DNA of 25,727 nucleotides from a virus. Its lineage: Duplodnaviria > Caudoviricetes. Shown here one piece after another: positions 17,908 to 25,479 of the stretch (positions within the stretch are counted from its first letter, which is position 1; every line of letters begins with the position of its first letter). The stretch lies in IMG/VR virus record IMGVR_UViG_3300032233_002494, positions 1-25,727 of that record; one strand, written 5' to 3'. Below the pieces are notes generated by a model. That model saw only the letters and a list, made by a program, of their open reading frames with translations, was not told where the DNA came from and made no database searches. Made by a program: the position numbers and the translations under genes.

Positions 17908-20900
17908 ATGATACTGAATCTTGATTATGTTTTTGAAAAATATAAATTAAATGTTTCTGGAATTATTCATATTGGTGGACATTATGGTAATGAAATAGAA
18001 AAATATAAGTCATATAATGTGAACGATATTGTTTTATTTGAACCATTAGCTTCAAACTTTTCAATATTAGATGAAAAAGTGAAAAGTATTGGAGGAAATA
18101 TTATTGCTCATCAGGTTGCTCTTGGGAATGATAACCGAAAGGTTGTGATGAATATTAGCAGTAATGAAGCACAAAGTAGTTCTATTCTTACTCCTAAAGT
18201 TCACTTAACTGCACATCCAGAAGTTTCATTTAATGGAACTGAAGAAGTTGAGATGAAGAAACTTGACGATTATAATTATAAAGATTATAATATGATGATC
18301 GTTGATGTTCAGGGATATGAACTTGAGGTTCTGAGGGGAGCATCTCAAACATTAAATAATGTTGATTACATTTATTGTGAAGTCAATCGTGATGAAGTTT
18401 ATGAGGGTAATGCGCGGGTAGAAGAGATTGATGACTTTCTTTCTACTTATGGGTTTAAAAGAGTAGAAACACAATGGTATTATACTGAAGTATGGGGAGA
18501 CGCTTTGTATATGAAAGAAAAAAAATCTAATGGTAGTGTTTCAATTATTTGTGCATGTAAAAATCGTCTTGAGTCTCTTAAAGTTTCTTTGAGTTCATGG
18601 TTACTTTTTGATGAAATTAAAGAAATCATTATTGTAGACTGGGATTCTGAGGTTCCAATTTATGACATAACAAAATTAGATCCCAGAATTAAAGTCATTC
18701 GTGTCGATAACAAAAAATATTTTAATCTTGCACAACCACTTAATCTTGCAGTGAGTCAAGTTACTAGTGATTATATTTTAAAAATTGATACAGATTATAT
18801 AATTAATCCATATTATAATTTCTTCAAATCTTATCAGATTGATGAAACTTGTTTTGTAAGTGGTGCTCATGAGGCTCCAATTTTAAATTATGCACCCAAT
18901 GAACATGGTGAATATGTTATTGATATGGCGAATAACACCTTTGATGATGTTTGTGGATATGTTAATTCCTTTAATCATTATTTTAGATATTTGAGAGGAA
19001 TGCTTTATGTGTCAAAAGAAAATTTTTTAAAGGTAAAAGGTTATAATGAATTAATTGATAGTTATGGATTTGAGGATGGTGATATGGAAACCAAACTTAA
19101 AAATATTGGATTAACTCATAATTTTATATCTTATGATCACACACTTATTCATATTCCACATTCTGATAAAAAACGAATTGAAAATTGTAGATATGACCTT
19201 AATGATGAAAGAGAAATAAGATCTAATCTTTCTGCATATTATGATGGCGAACTATTAGAAGCACAGACTTATTATGGAGTTGTGAGTAGATTGATTCGTA
19301 AAAATAGTAATGATTCAAATCGAAAAGGTCGCAGAATAGAATGGAATATCAATAAACTTGACGATCAAATTTATATTGCAGAGGATATACTTGTCGATAA
19401 GATGAAGAACTTTCCTTTAGTCAATTATGTTAGTTTGGAGGAAAGTAAAGATAGACAATTAAGTCTTGAAGATCAGTTTTATGAGCATGGAATTACTAAT
19501 ATTAATTCTATAATTTCTAAAAGATTTTCTGAATCTAATGATATAGTAACTGGAAAATATCTTTATCAATTAAATGATGGTACTAAAGGTTGCTGTGTTT
19601 CTCATTTGAAAGCAATTAAATGGTGGTATGATAATACTGTAGAAGAGTATGGATTTTTCTGTGAGGATGATTTAAGTTTGGAGACTGTTCAGTACTGGAA
19701 CTTTACATGGGAACAATTTATTGAAAAAATTCCAGAAGATGCTGAATGCGTTCAGTTGCTTACTATCCGTGGAAACTTTGATACTTTTGAATTGCGTGAA
19801 AGATATTGGGATGATTGGGGAGCAACTGCATATATCATGTGTAGGGAGTATGCAAAAAAAATTATAGATACTTATATTAAGGATAATATTTATCACTTGG
19901 AAATTCCAAATCAAGAGGTAATGCCCTTAATAGAAAATATTCTTTTTTCTTCTATTGGAAAAACTTATACAATTCCATTATTTGTTGAGAACAATGAGTT
20001 TATTTCTACATTCGAAAACAATGATGATGATGTAAATAAAGGACAAAAAACAAATCACAAAGTTGCAAGTGATCTTGTTTTGAATTATTGGAAAAATACT
20101 GAACAAAAAGATAGCAAAATGTCTAAATCATTTACTATAAAATTAAAATATGTGCAAAATGAACTTGAAGAATTAATTACAAAATATTCTTTAGATACTG
20201 AAAATGCAGATCATAACTTTTCATTAGGTGTCTGGTATGAAAATCAAGGTCACACTGCACCTGCGCTTTCATATTATTTAAGATGTGCTGAACGATCTGA
20301 GGATGAAGATCTTGCTTATGAAGCATTAATTCGTGGATCATATTGTTATGAGAAACAAGGAACTAGAGATGGTAGTTCAAGATCCATGTTATGGCAAGCA
20401 CAAGCATTTCTACCTCATCGCCCAGAAGCATATTTTCTTCTGAGTCGTTTTGCTGAAAGAAGAGACTGGTGGCAAGATTGTTATTTGAATGCTGATTTGG
20501 CTCTTAGATATTGTAGATTTGATTGTAAGCCTTTAAGAACTGATGTTGAATATCCTGGAAAGTATGGTCTTCTTTTTGAAAAAGCGGTTTCTGGATATTG
20601 GTGGGAAAAAGTTGAAGAATCTAAAGAAATATTTTTAGATCTGAGACAAAATTATTCTTTATCTGAACAGTATTTAAAAGCAGTAGATGAAAATTTGGCA
20701 AAGATGGGAGTAGAAATTCCAGAGATTAAAATTGAACCAATTCCAGTAATTGGAGTTCCAATTGTTAATGGATTTCATTTCTTACAAAGATTAGTTGATA
20801 GTATTGATTATCCTGTCAAAGAATTATGTGTGATTAATAATAATGGAAGAGGTGAACTTGATGATGACTTAGAGAAACTTTCTAAAACTTCGCATAAATT

Positions 20901-21498
20901 TATTGAAAAAATCAAGATTTGTAATCTTCCAGCAAATATTGGATGTTCTGGTGCTTGGAATTTGATTATTAAAACTCATATGATGGATCCTTATTGGATT
21001 ATTGTCAACAATGATATTGCATTTAGTCCTGGTCTTTTGAAAGAACTTGTAGAGAAATCTAAAAAAGAAAATGTTGGTATGGTAAAAGGAAAGGAATTTC
21101 AATGGGATCTTTTTCTAATTAAAGATTTTGTGATTCAGCAATGCGGATTGTTTGATGAAAATCTTTATCCTGCATATATGGAGGATTGTGATTATCATAT
21201 TAGACTTTTAAATAATAATATTGAAGTTGATCATTTGGGATGTACTTATTTGCATGGGGATAAAGATTATGAAACTTCTGGATCTCAAACTTGGAGACTG
21301 GATTTATCTTTAAAGGAAAAACTTGATCATGCACATCAAATGAATGGTGAATATATGTCAGAAAAGTGGGGATTCAATTGGAGAAATCCTGATTGGTCGT
21401 TTAATGCATATGAAAATCCATTTAATAATAGCATTATTCCAATTTCATATACTTGTTATAATTTGGAATTTGTTCGTAATAAAAATCTTGGATTTTAA
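17908..21498 (+). CDS. Multidomain glycan-modifying protein: FkbM methyltransferase + GT2/GT7C + GT25-like + TPR + GT2
   Basis: IHIGGH.G.E, FEPL and VDVQGYELEVLRGA (FkbM); VDWDS, KIDTDY and GYNE..DSYGFED (GT2/7C); GCCVSHLKAI and CEDDL (GT25); TPR-like ALSYYLRCAE...RPEAYFLLS; IIVNNDI and GLFDENLYPAYMEDCDY (GT2). Confidence 0.85.
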   Translation: MILNLDYVFEKYKLNVSGIIHIGGHYGNEIEKYKSYNVNDIVLFEPLASNFSILDEKVKSIGGNIIAHQVALGNDNRKVVMNISSNEAQSSSILTPKVHLTAHPEVSFNGTEEVEMKKLDDYNYKDYNMMIVDVQGYELEVLRGASQTLNNVDYIYCEVNRDEVYEGNARVEEIDDFLSTYGFKRVETQWYYTEVWGDALYMKEKKSNGSVSIICACKNRLESLKVSLSSWLLFDEIKEIIIVDWDSEVPIYDITKLDPRIKVIRVDNKKYFNLAQPLNLAVSQVTSDYILKIDTDYIINPYYNFFKSYQIDETCFVSGAHEAPILNYAPNEHGEYVIDMANNTFDDVCGYVNSFNHYFRYLRGMLYVSKENFLKVKGYNELIDSYGFEDGDMETKLKNIGLTHNFISYDHTLIHIPHSDKKRIENCRYDLNDEREIRSNLSAYYDGELLEAQTYYGVVSRLIRKNSNDSNRKGRRIEWNINKLDDQIYIAEDILVDKMKNFPLVNYVSLEESKDRQLSLEDQFYEHGITNINSIISKRFSESNDIVTGKYLYQLNDGTKGCCVSHLKAIKWWYDNTVEEYGFFCEDDLSLETVQYWNFTWEQFIEKIPEDAECVQLLTIRGNFDTFELRERYWDDWGATAYIMCREYAKKIIDTYIKDNIYHLEIPNQEVMPLIENILFSSIGKTYTIPLFVENNEFISTFENNDDDVNKGQKTNHKVASDLVLNYWKNTEQKDSKMSKSFTIKLKYVQNELEELITKYSLDTENADHNFSLGVWYENQGHTAPALSYYLRCAERSEDEDLAYEALIRGSYCYEKQGTRDGSSRSMLWQAQAFLPHRPEAYFLLSRFAERRDWWQDCYLNADLALRYCRFDCKPLRTDVEYPGKYGLLFEKAVSGYWWEKVEESKEIFLDLRQNYSLSEQYLKAVDENLAKMGVEIPEIKIEPIPVIGVPIVNGFHFLQRLVDSIDYPVKELCVINNNGRGELDDDLEKLSKTSHKFIEKIKICNLPANIGCSGAWNLIIKTHMMDPYWIIVNNDIAFSPGLLKELVEKSKKENVGMVKGKEFQWDLFLIKDFVIQQCGLFDENLYPAYMEDCDYHIRLLNNNIEVDHLGCTYLHGDKDYETSGSQTWRLDLSLKEKLDHAHQMNGEYMSEKWGFNWRNPDWSFNAYENPFNNSIIPISYTCYNLEFVRNKNLGF

Positions 21499-21531
21499 AT
21501 CTTATAAATTAATATAACCTTTATAAAAAAT

Positions 21532-21771
21532 ATGAATTTTACAGTTTACTCAAAAGAAAATTGCCCATACTGCCATAAAGTTAAAACTGTTCTTGAGTTG
21601 ACAGGAAATAGGTTTGTGGTGTATAATTTGGGGGAAGACTTTACTAAAGAAGAGTTTTATTCTGAATTTGGTGAAGGTTCTACTTTTCCACAAGTCCTTT
21701 GTGACGATCAAAAACTTGGTGGGTGTGTGGATACAGTTAAATTTTTAAAAGAAAAACAAGTTGTTGGATAA
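21532..21771 (+). CDS. nrdC: Glutaredoxin
   Basis: CPYC active site, TFPQV, GGCVD. Confidence 0.9.
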   Translation: MNFTVYSKENCPYCHKVKTVLELTGNRFVVYNLGEDFTKEEFYSEFGEGSTFPQVLCDDQKLGGCVDTVKFLKEKQVVG

Positions 21772-21952
21772 GAACCTAAATAAAAATGACAATCATGGTA
21801 TGAACCGTGGTGTCGAATTGATTCTCTCAGGAGGAAAAAGAAAGCAGACCTATCCATTTCATATCATTTTTGAAAAGATGATTTGCTTTCTAAAACGGGA
21901 AGTAACCATCTATTTTGAATTTTCCTTCAAATTAAGGAAAAAAGATCAGTAA
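21761..21952 (+). CDS. Small hypothetical protein resembling a conserved cyanophage gene
   Basis: NRGVELIL motif. Start is uncertain (TTG 21761 or ATG 21800; a CTAAATA box lies at 21776-21782). Confidence 0.6.
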   Translation: MLDKNLNKNDNHGMNRGVELILSGGKRKQTYPFHIIFEKMICFLKREVTIYFEFSFKLRKKDQ

Positions 21953-21969
21953 TTTCCCGGAGAAAAGAA

Positions 21970-22197
21970 ATGTTAGCAATCAGTCTAGTATTCGGTTCAT
22001 TTTTAACCGTTTTATTTCTTATAGTGGGACTTATAGGTGGTTGGGTGGCCAGAGAGTATATGATGAACTATCGGGAGATTCCAAGACCTCATCCCGAAAT
22101 GTTCGATAATCAAGGAAACTTGATTCCAGATGAGGTCATAGCATTTAATTTTGAAAACTATCATGACTACGACGACACAGAAGAAGACGACGATTAA
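21970..22197 (+). CDS. Small membrane protein, DUF2973-like
   Basis: N-terminal hydrophobic helix, HPEMFDNQGNL motif and acidic tail. GGAG upstream. Confidence 0.65.
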   Translation: MLAISLVFGSFLTVLFLIVGLIGGWVAREYMMNYREIPRPHPEMFDNQGNLIPDEVIAFNFENYHDYDDTEEDDD

Positions 22198-22765
22198 ACC
22201 AAAAACTGTAGTAGCAAAAGAACCTGCAGTAATTGAAGAACTTCCAGTAAATCCATTTTCATATGAAGTTTTGAATCTTGTATCAAAACAGCGTTCAAAT
22301 GTGAAAAAGGTTGAAGTTCTTAAAAAATATGATCATCCTTCCTTGAAGGCATTGTTTATTTGGAATTTTGATGAAAGTATTGTTTCAGTTCTTCCTCCAG
22401 GGGAAGTTCCTTATGCTGCAACAAGTGAGCAAAATTCTTTCAGTGGAACTCTTTCTGAAAAGATTGAAGATGCTGTAAGCAAAATGAGTGAGATGGGATC
22501 TAATTCTCTTGGTTCTCAGGATCAAGGTAGATCATCAATTCGTAAAGAATATCAAAAATTTTATAATTTTCTAAAAGGTGGTAATGATAGTCTAAGTTCT
22601 CTTCGTAGAGAAAGTATGTTTATCAACATTCTTCAAGGTCTTCATCCACTAGAAGCAGAAATTCTAATTCTTGTAAAAGATAAGAAACTTGATACCAAGT
22701 ATAAGATTAGCAAAGAAATTGTTTCTGAAGCATATCCTGATATCCAGTGGGGAAATCGAGTATAA
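22163..22765 (+). CDS. Conserved T4-like cyanophage hypothetical protein (DUF6433-like)
   Basis: LFIWNFDES..S.LP.GEVPY and RRESMFINILQGLHPLEAEIL. ATG 22163 preferred over TTG 22151. Confidence 0.65.
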   Translation: MTTTTQKKTTIKPKTVVAKEPAVIEELPVNPFSYEVLNLVSKQRSNVKKVEVLKKYDHPSLKALFIWNFDESIVSVLPPGEVPYAATSEQNSFSGTLSEKIEDAVSKMSEMGSNSLGSQDQGRSSIRKEYQKFYNFLKGGNDSLSSLRRESMFINILQGLHPLEAEILILVKDKKLDTKYKISKEIVSEAYPDIQWGNRV

Positions 22766-22793
22766 ATTTAATTTTTAATTATGAGGAATAAAT

Positions 22794-23168
22794 TTGGAAA
22801 ATATAACCAAAACTAATACAATGGCTTCAGAACAAGAAAAAACATCTACTAAAGAGAATAAACCTGAAGTTTGGTCCAATCAAGAAAAGGAAACTTCTAG
22901 GTCTCGTTATGGGTGTGAAATTCTACAAGAACAGTGTACTAAGCAAGATGCAAAAAATAAACAATTACCTATTGATTCACATCTAGTTACTTATATGATC
23001 GATGGTAATACATTTTATGATATTATTAGAACAAGTAAAAGAGTTAATATTTTTGACATGTATTATGATAAATTCGGTAACTGTCTTAAATCTATTGAGT
23101 GGACTGATGGTAGAATAAGTCCTAGACTCTGGGGATACAAACCACCTCAAACCAAAAAGAGAAAATAA
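22794..23168 (+). CDS. Hypothetical protein resembling a conserved cyanophage gene
   Basis: IFDMYYDKFG...IEWT.G.I.PRLWGY. GAGGA precedes the TTG start; alternative ATG at 22821. Confidence 0.65.
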   Translation: MENITKTNTMASEQEKTSTKENKPEVWSNQEKETSRSRYGCEILQEQCTKQDAKNKQLPIDSHLVTYMIDGNTFYDIIRTSKRVNIFDMYYDKFGNCLKSIEWTDGRISPRLWGYKPPQTKKRK

Positions 23169-23172
23169 TTTC

Positions 23173-23206
23173 AAAAATGCTGGGAAAAATTTTCCAGTAT
23201 TTTTTT
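23173..23206 (+). terminator. Rho-independent terminator
   Basis: ATGCTGGGAA-aaat-TTTCCAGTAT hairpin (two G-U pairs), followed by a T run and preceded by an A run. Confidence 0.7.
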
Positions 23207-23221
23207 GTTTGTATAAGATTT

Positions 23222-23229
23222 TATAAATA
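23222..23229 (+). promoter_or_regulatory. T4-type late promoter (TATAAATA)
   Basis: Perfect consensus, intergenic, 19 bp before ATG 23249. Confidence 0.8.
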
Positions 23230-23248
23230 ACTAAAAAGACGAAAAAAG

Positions 23249-24673
23249 ATGAAATCGTTTAATCAATTTTTGCAAGAATCTTATTTGAATGAAGAACCTG
23301 CTGGTAGACCAATGAAGAAAAGAAAACCTGGTGGACCAACATATGAACAAGAAATGCAAAAAATAAACGCTAGAGAGGCTGAGGCGGCGGCAAGAAAAGC
23401 ACAGAGGGGTCCAACAGGTGCTGCTGCGGATTCTACGACACAATTTAGACGACAGGGAACTACTACTAATGTTTCTGGACCAGATGTGAGGGGGGGAACT
23501 GAAAAGGCGGGGGCATTAGCATTAAGGCCAGAACCTGGTGCATTAGCAAAAACGCCAAAGTCTTCTGGTGCATTAGAAAAAACATCAAAATCTGGTATTA
23601 GGGGAGAAAATGGAACAGGTGGTGAAATGGTAAAGGCACAAGAACCTGGTAAATTAGCACGTTCTACTGGTAGTAATCCAGGTATCCCAGATGCTATGCT
23701 GAGAGGGGCACAAGATGCTGCAAATAAACCTCCTGCCACACCTAAACCTCCTGCTTCTACACCTACTAAACCTTCTTCTTCTGTAGGAAAACCACCAGCA
23801 CTTTCTTCAACCAATGCGAGAAGGGCAGCTGCAGAAGCAAAGAAAGCAGCAGCAAAGGCTGGAAGTGGTCCAGGCGGAAAAGCAATCGTCACCCCAGCAC
23901 CATCTTCTGGTCCAGCTGGCGGCCCTGGCGGTGGTCCTGGTCCTGGCGGTGGTCCTAGTGGTGGCGGTCCAAAACCACCAACTGGACCAAAATTAAAAGT
24001 TCCTGCAGGTGCTAAAAAAGCACTTAGAATTGGCGGTAAATTACTAGGCCCAGCGGCCGCTGCTCTTGATGTTGCCGATGAAAGATCAAAAGGTTCTGGA
24101 TGGTTAAGATCATTGGCAAAAGGTGCCGTAGTTGCCGCTGGTGGTGCCGCTGGTGGTGCCGCTGGAACTGCTGCTGGCCCAGTTGGAACATTTGCTGGTG
24201 CTACAGGTGGTGCGATGGCAGCATCTAAGGCATTTGATGTTGCTGCTGGTGCTAATGCCAAAGAAAGAAAGGCAATTGCAACTGCTAATCGCAAAGGTCA
24301 GGCAGGTGGTGCAATCAAAGGTATTGGTGGTAAAACTACTTTCGATACCAAAAAGAATACTATCACGACTGGTACGGGGGCACAAAGAAAAACTGCTCAG
24401 TTAGGTAAAACTTCTGTTGTTACTGGACCTGGTGGCAAGCAAGAAGTTGGCAATCTTGCATATAAAGATGGTAAGGCAGTTTATAAGAGATCAGATACTA
24501 AGAGTCTCGCTCAAACTTCTTCCAATCCATTAGAAAGAATTGGCAGATCTTTATTTGCTGGTGCTTATAAGCAATCTGATGCTGCGAATGCTGCTAAGAA
24601 ACTTGCTACGGCAAGACAGTCTGATGCTGCTCGTAACAAAGCACTCGGAGTCAAGTTCGGTCCTGGTAAATAA
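23249..24673 (+). CDS. Low-complexity Gly/Ala/Pro/Lys-rich protein, putative capsid-packaged internal protein
   Basis: The N-terminus MKSFNQFLQE resembles the T4 internal-protein capsid targeting sequence MKTYQEFIAE. Late promoter upstream and a glycine-zipper-like hydrophobic segment. Confidence 0.65.
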   Translation: MKSFNQFLQESYLNEEPAGRPMKKRKPGGPTYEQEMQKINAREAEAAARKAQRGPTGAAADSTTQFRRQGTTTNVSGPDVRGGTEKAGALALRPEPGALAKTPKSSGALEKTSKSGIRGENGTGGEMVKAQEPGKLARSTGSNPGIPDAMLRGAQDAANKPPATPKPPASTPTKPSSSVGKPPALSSTNARRAAAEAKKAAAKAGSGPGGKAIVTPAPSSGPAGGPGGGPGPGGGPSGGGPKPPTGPKLKVPAGAKKALRIGGKLLGPAAAALDVADERSKGSGWLRSLAKGAVVAAGGAAGGAAGTAAGPVGTFAGATGGAMAASKAFDVAAGANAKERKAIATANRKGQAGGAIKGIGGKTTFDTKKNTITTGTGAQRKTAQLGKTSVVTGPGGKQEVGNLAYKDGKAVYKRSDTKSLAQTSSNPLERIGRSLFAGAYKQSDAANAAKKLATARQSDAARNKALGVKFGPGK

Positions 24674-24699
24674 AACTTTATCTTAAGTTATAAAACTAC

Positions 24700-24729
24700 T
24701 TGACTAAATATTCACAATGAGGTTATAAT
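24700..24729 (+). promoter_or_regulatory. Sigma70-type promoter (TTGACT-18-TATAAT) with nested late promoter CTAAATA
   Basis: TTGACT 24700-24705, TATAAT 24724-24729, CTAAATA 24704-24710. Predicted +1 near A24736, right at the start of the RNA motif. Confidence 0.75.
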
Positions 24730-24735
24730 ACCTCT

Positions 24736-24778
24736 ACGTTCAACCCATAAGGGTCGGAAGTAAGCCGACGTGGAACGG
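24736..24778 (+). ncRNA. Glutamine riboswitch-like aptamer 1 (glnA/Downstream-peptide class)
   Basis: P1 CGTTC (24737-41) / GAACG (24773-77); P2 ACCC-ATAA-GGGT; junction CGGAAGTAAG as in the glnA motif. Confidence 0.65.
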
Positions 24779-24780
24779 AT

Positions 24781-24950
24781 CGTTCATCTATGGAAACACT
24801 CTTACTCAGTTGTCTTCAGGCACAATTGATTATTGGAAGAGTTATGAAGGCAAATATGCCTCCACAAACTCGTAATAATTTAATTTGGGAAATCAAACAG
24901 ATTACTCCCAAAGGGTGTAAAATAGACGCAACCGCCGACTGAAGGAACGC
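24781..24950 (+). ncRNA. Glutamine riboswitch-like aptamer 2 (Downstream-peptide/glutamine-II-like) with a ~130-nt P2 loop
   Basis: P1 CGTTC (24781-85) / GAACG (24945-49); P2 TCTAT (24787-91) / ATAGA (24922-26); 3' half GACGCAACCGCCGACTGAAGGAACG. Confidence 0.55.
24790..24942 (+). CDS. 50-aa small protein nested in aptamer 2
   Basis: Hand translation gives METLLLSCLQAQLIIGRVMKANMPPQTRNNLIWEIKQITPKGCKIDATAD*. It is absent from the ORF track, apparently below its length cutoff. Confidence 0.6.
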   Translation: METLLLSCLQAQLIIGRVMKANMPPQTRNNLIWEIKQITPKGCKIDATAD

Positions 24951-24982
24951 TCTTTAACCTAAACCCCTAAGGAGAAAACCTA

Positions 24983-25096
24983 ATGTCACAAGTAAAAGTA
25001 AAAACTAATAATAACTGGCAACTTGTTCTAATCAAAAAACAAAAAGAGAAAGAACAACGCGAACATCAAGCAAAACTAGCAATGGCGATGCGCTGA
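24983..25096 (+). CDS. 37-aa riboswitch-downstream peptide
   Basis: Strong AAGGAG RBS at 24969-24974; MSQVKVKTNNNWQLVLIKKQKEKEQREHQAKLAMAMR*; followed by a terminator. Confidence 0.75.
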   Translation: MSQVKVKTNNNWQLVLIKKQKEKEQREHQAKLAMAMR

Positions 25097-25102
25097 TATT
25101 TT

Positions 25103-25129
25103 AGGAGGGATTGATTCCCTCCTTTTTTT
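25103..25129 (+). terminator. Rho-independent terminator
   Basis: AGGAGGGA-TTGAT-TCCCTCCT perfect 8-bp stem plus T run. Confidence 0.88.
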
Positions 25130-25139
25130 ATGCTAAAAT
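25111..25139 (+). promoter_or_regulatory. Sigma70-type promoter (TTGATT-17-TAAAAT, extended TG) overlapping the terminator
   Basis: -35 in the hairpin loop at 25111-25116, TGcTAAAAT at 25131-25139, ATG at 25161. Confidence 0.6.
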
Positions 25140-25160
25140 GAATTGAAAGAATTTTAACCT

Positions 25161-25319
25161 ATGGATAAGGAAAAAGTAAAACTTATCGTTCGTAATTTGG
25201 AACTCCTTGTGGATTCTTTGAAGGCAGAAATTTATTCTGATGTATCATCATATCGATTTGATGATATTGTACCAAGAGAAGTAGATTATGATGAAGTATT
25301 CGAGGATGACGATGACTAA
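25161..25319 (+). CDS. 52-aa hypothetical protein resembling a conserved cyanophage gene
   Basis: Hand translation gives MDKEKVKLIVRNLELLVDSLKAEIYSDVSSYRFDDIVPREVDYDEVFEDDDD*. Not in the ORF track. Confidence 0.75.
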   Translation: MDKEKVKLIVRNLELLVDSLKAEIYSDVSSYRFDDIVPREVDYDEVFEDDDD

Positions 25320-25479
25320 AAGGGCAAAACAATTGGTAAGGATGCTTGAGAAACTTACAAAACAGGATCATTTATATTCTGATGAGCAACTCAAAGAAAT
25401 GAAAGCACAATTGCGAGTTGTAAAAGAAGAACTCGCACAGATCGAAGCACAACACTCAAAAGGATTTGGAAAAAAATGA
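25312..25479 (+). CDS. Small coiled-coil hypothetical protein
   Basis: MTKRAKQLVRMLEKL...SKGFGKK. ATG 25312 overlaps the upstream stop and is preceded by GAGGA. Confidence 0.7.
   Translation: MTKRAKQLVRMLEKLTKQDHLYSDEQLKEMKAQLRVVKEELAQIEAQHSKGFGKK

Noticed and set aside
4585-21498. Bacterial O-antigen/capsule locus
   Set aside because: There are no wzx/wzy/ABC export or nucleotide-sugar genes, and the flanks are phage structural and core genes with T4-type promoters.
23281-24294. 337-aa antisense ORF
   Set aside because: It is a shadow of the low-complexity GCT/GGT/CCT-rich sense gene, and I saw no promoter or RBS support on the minus strand.
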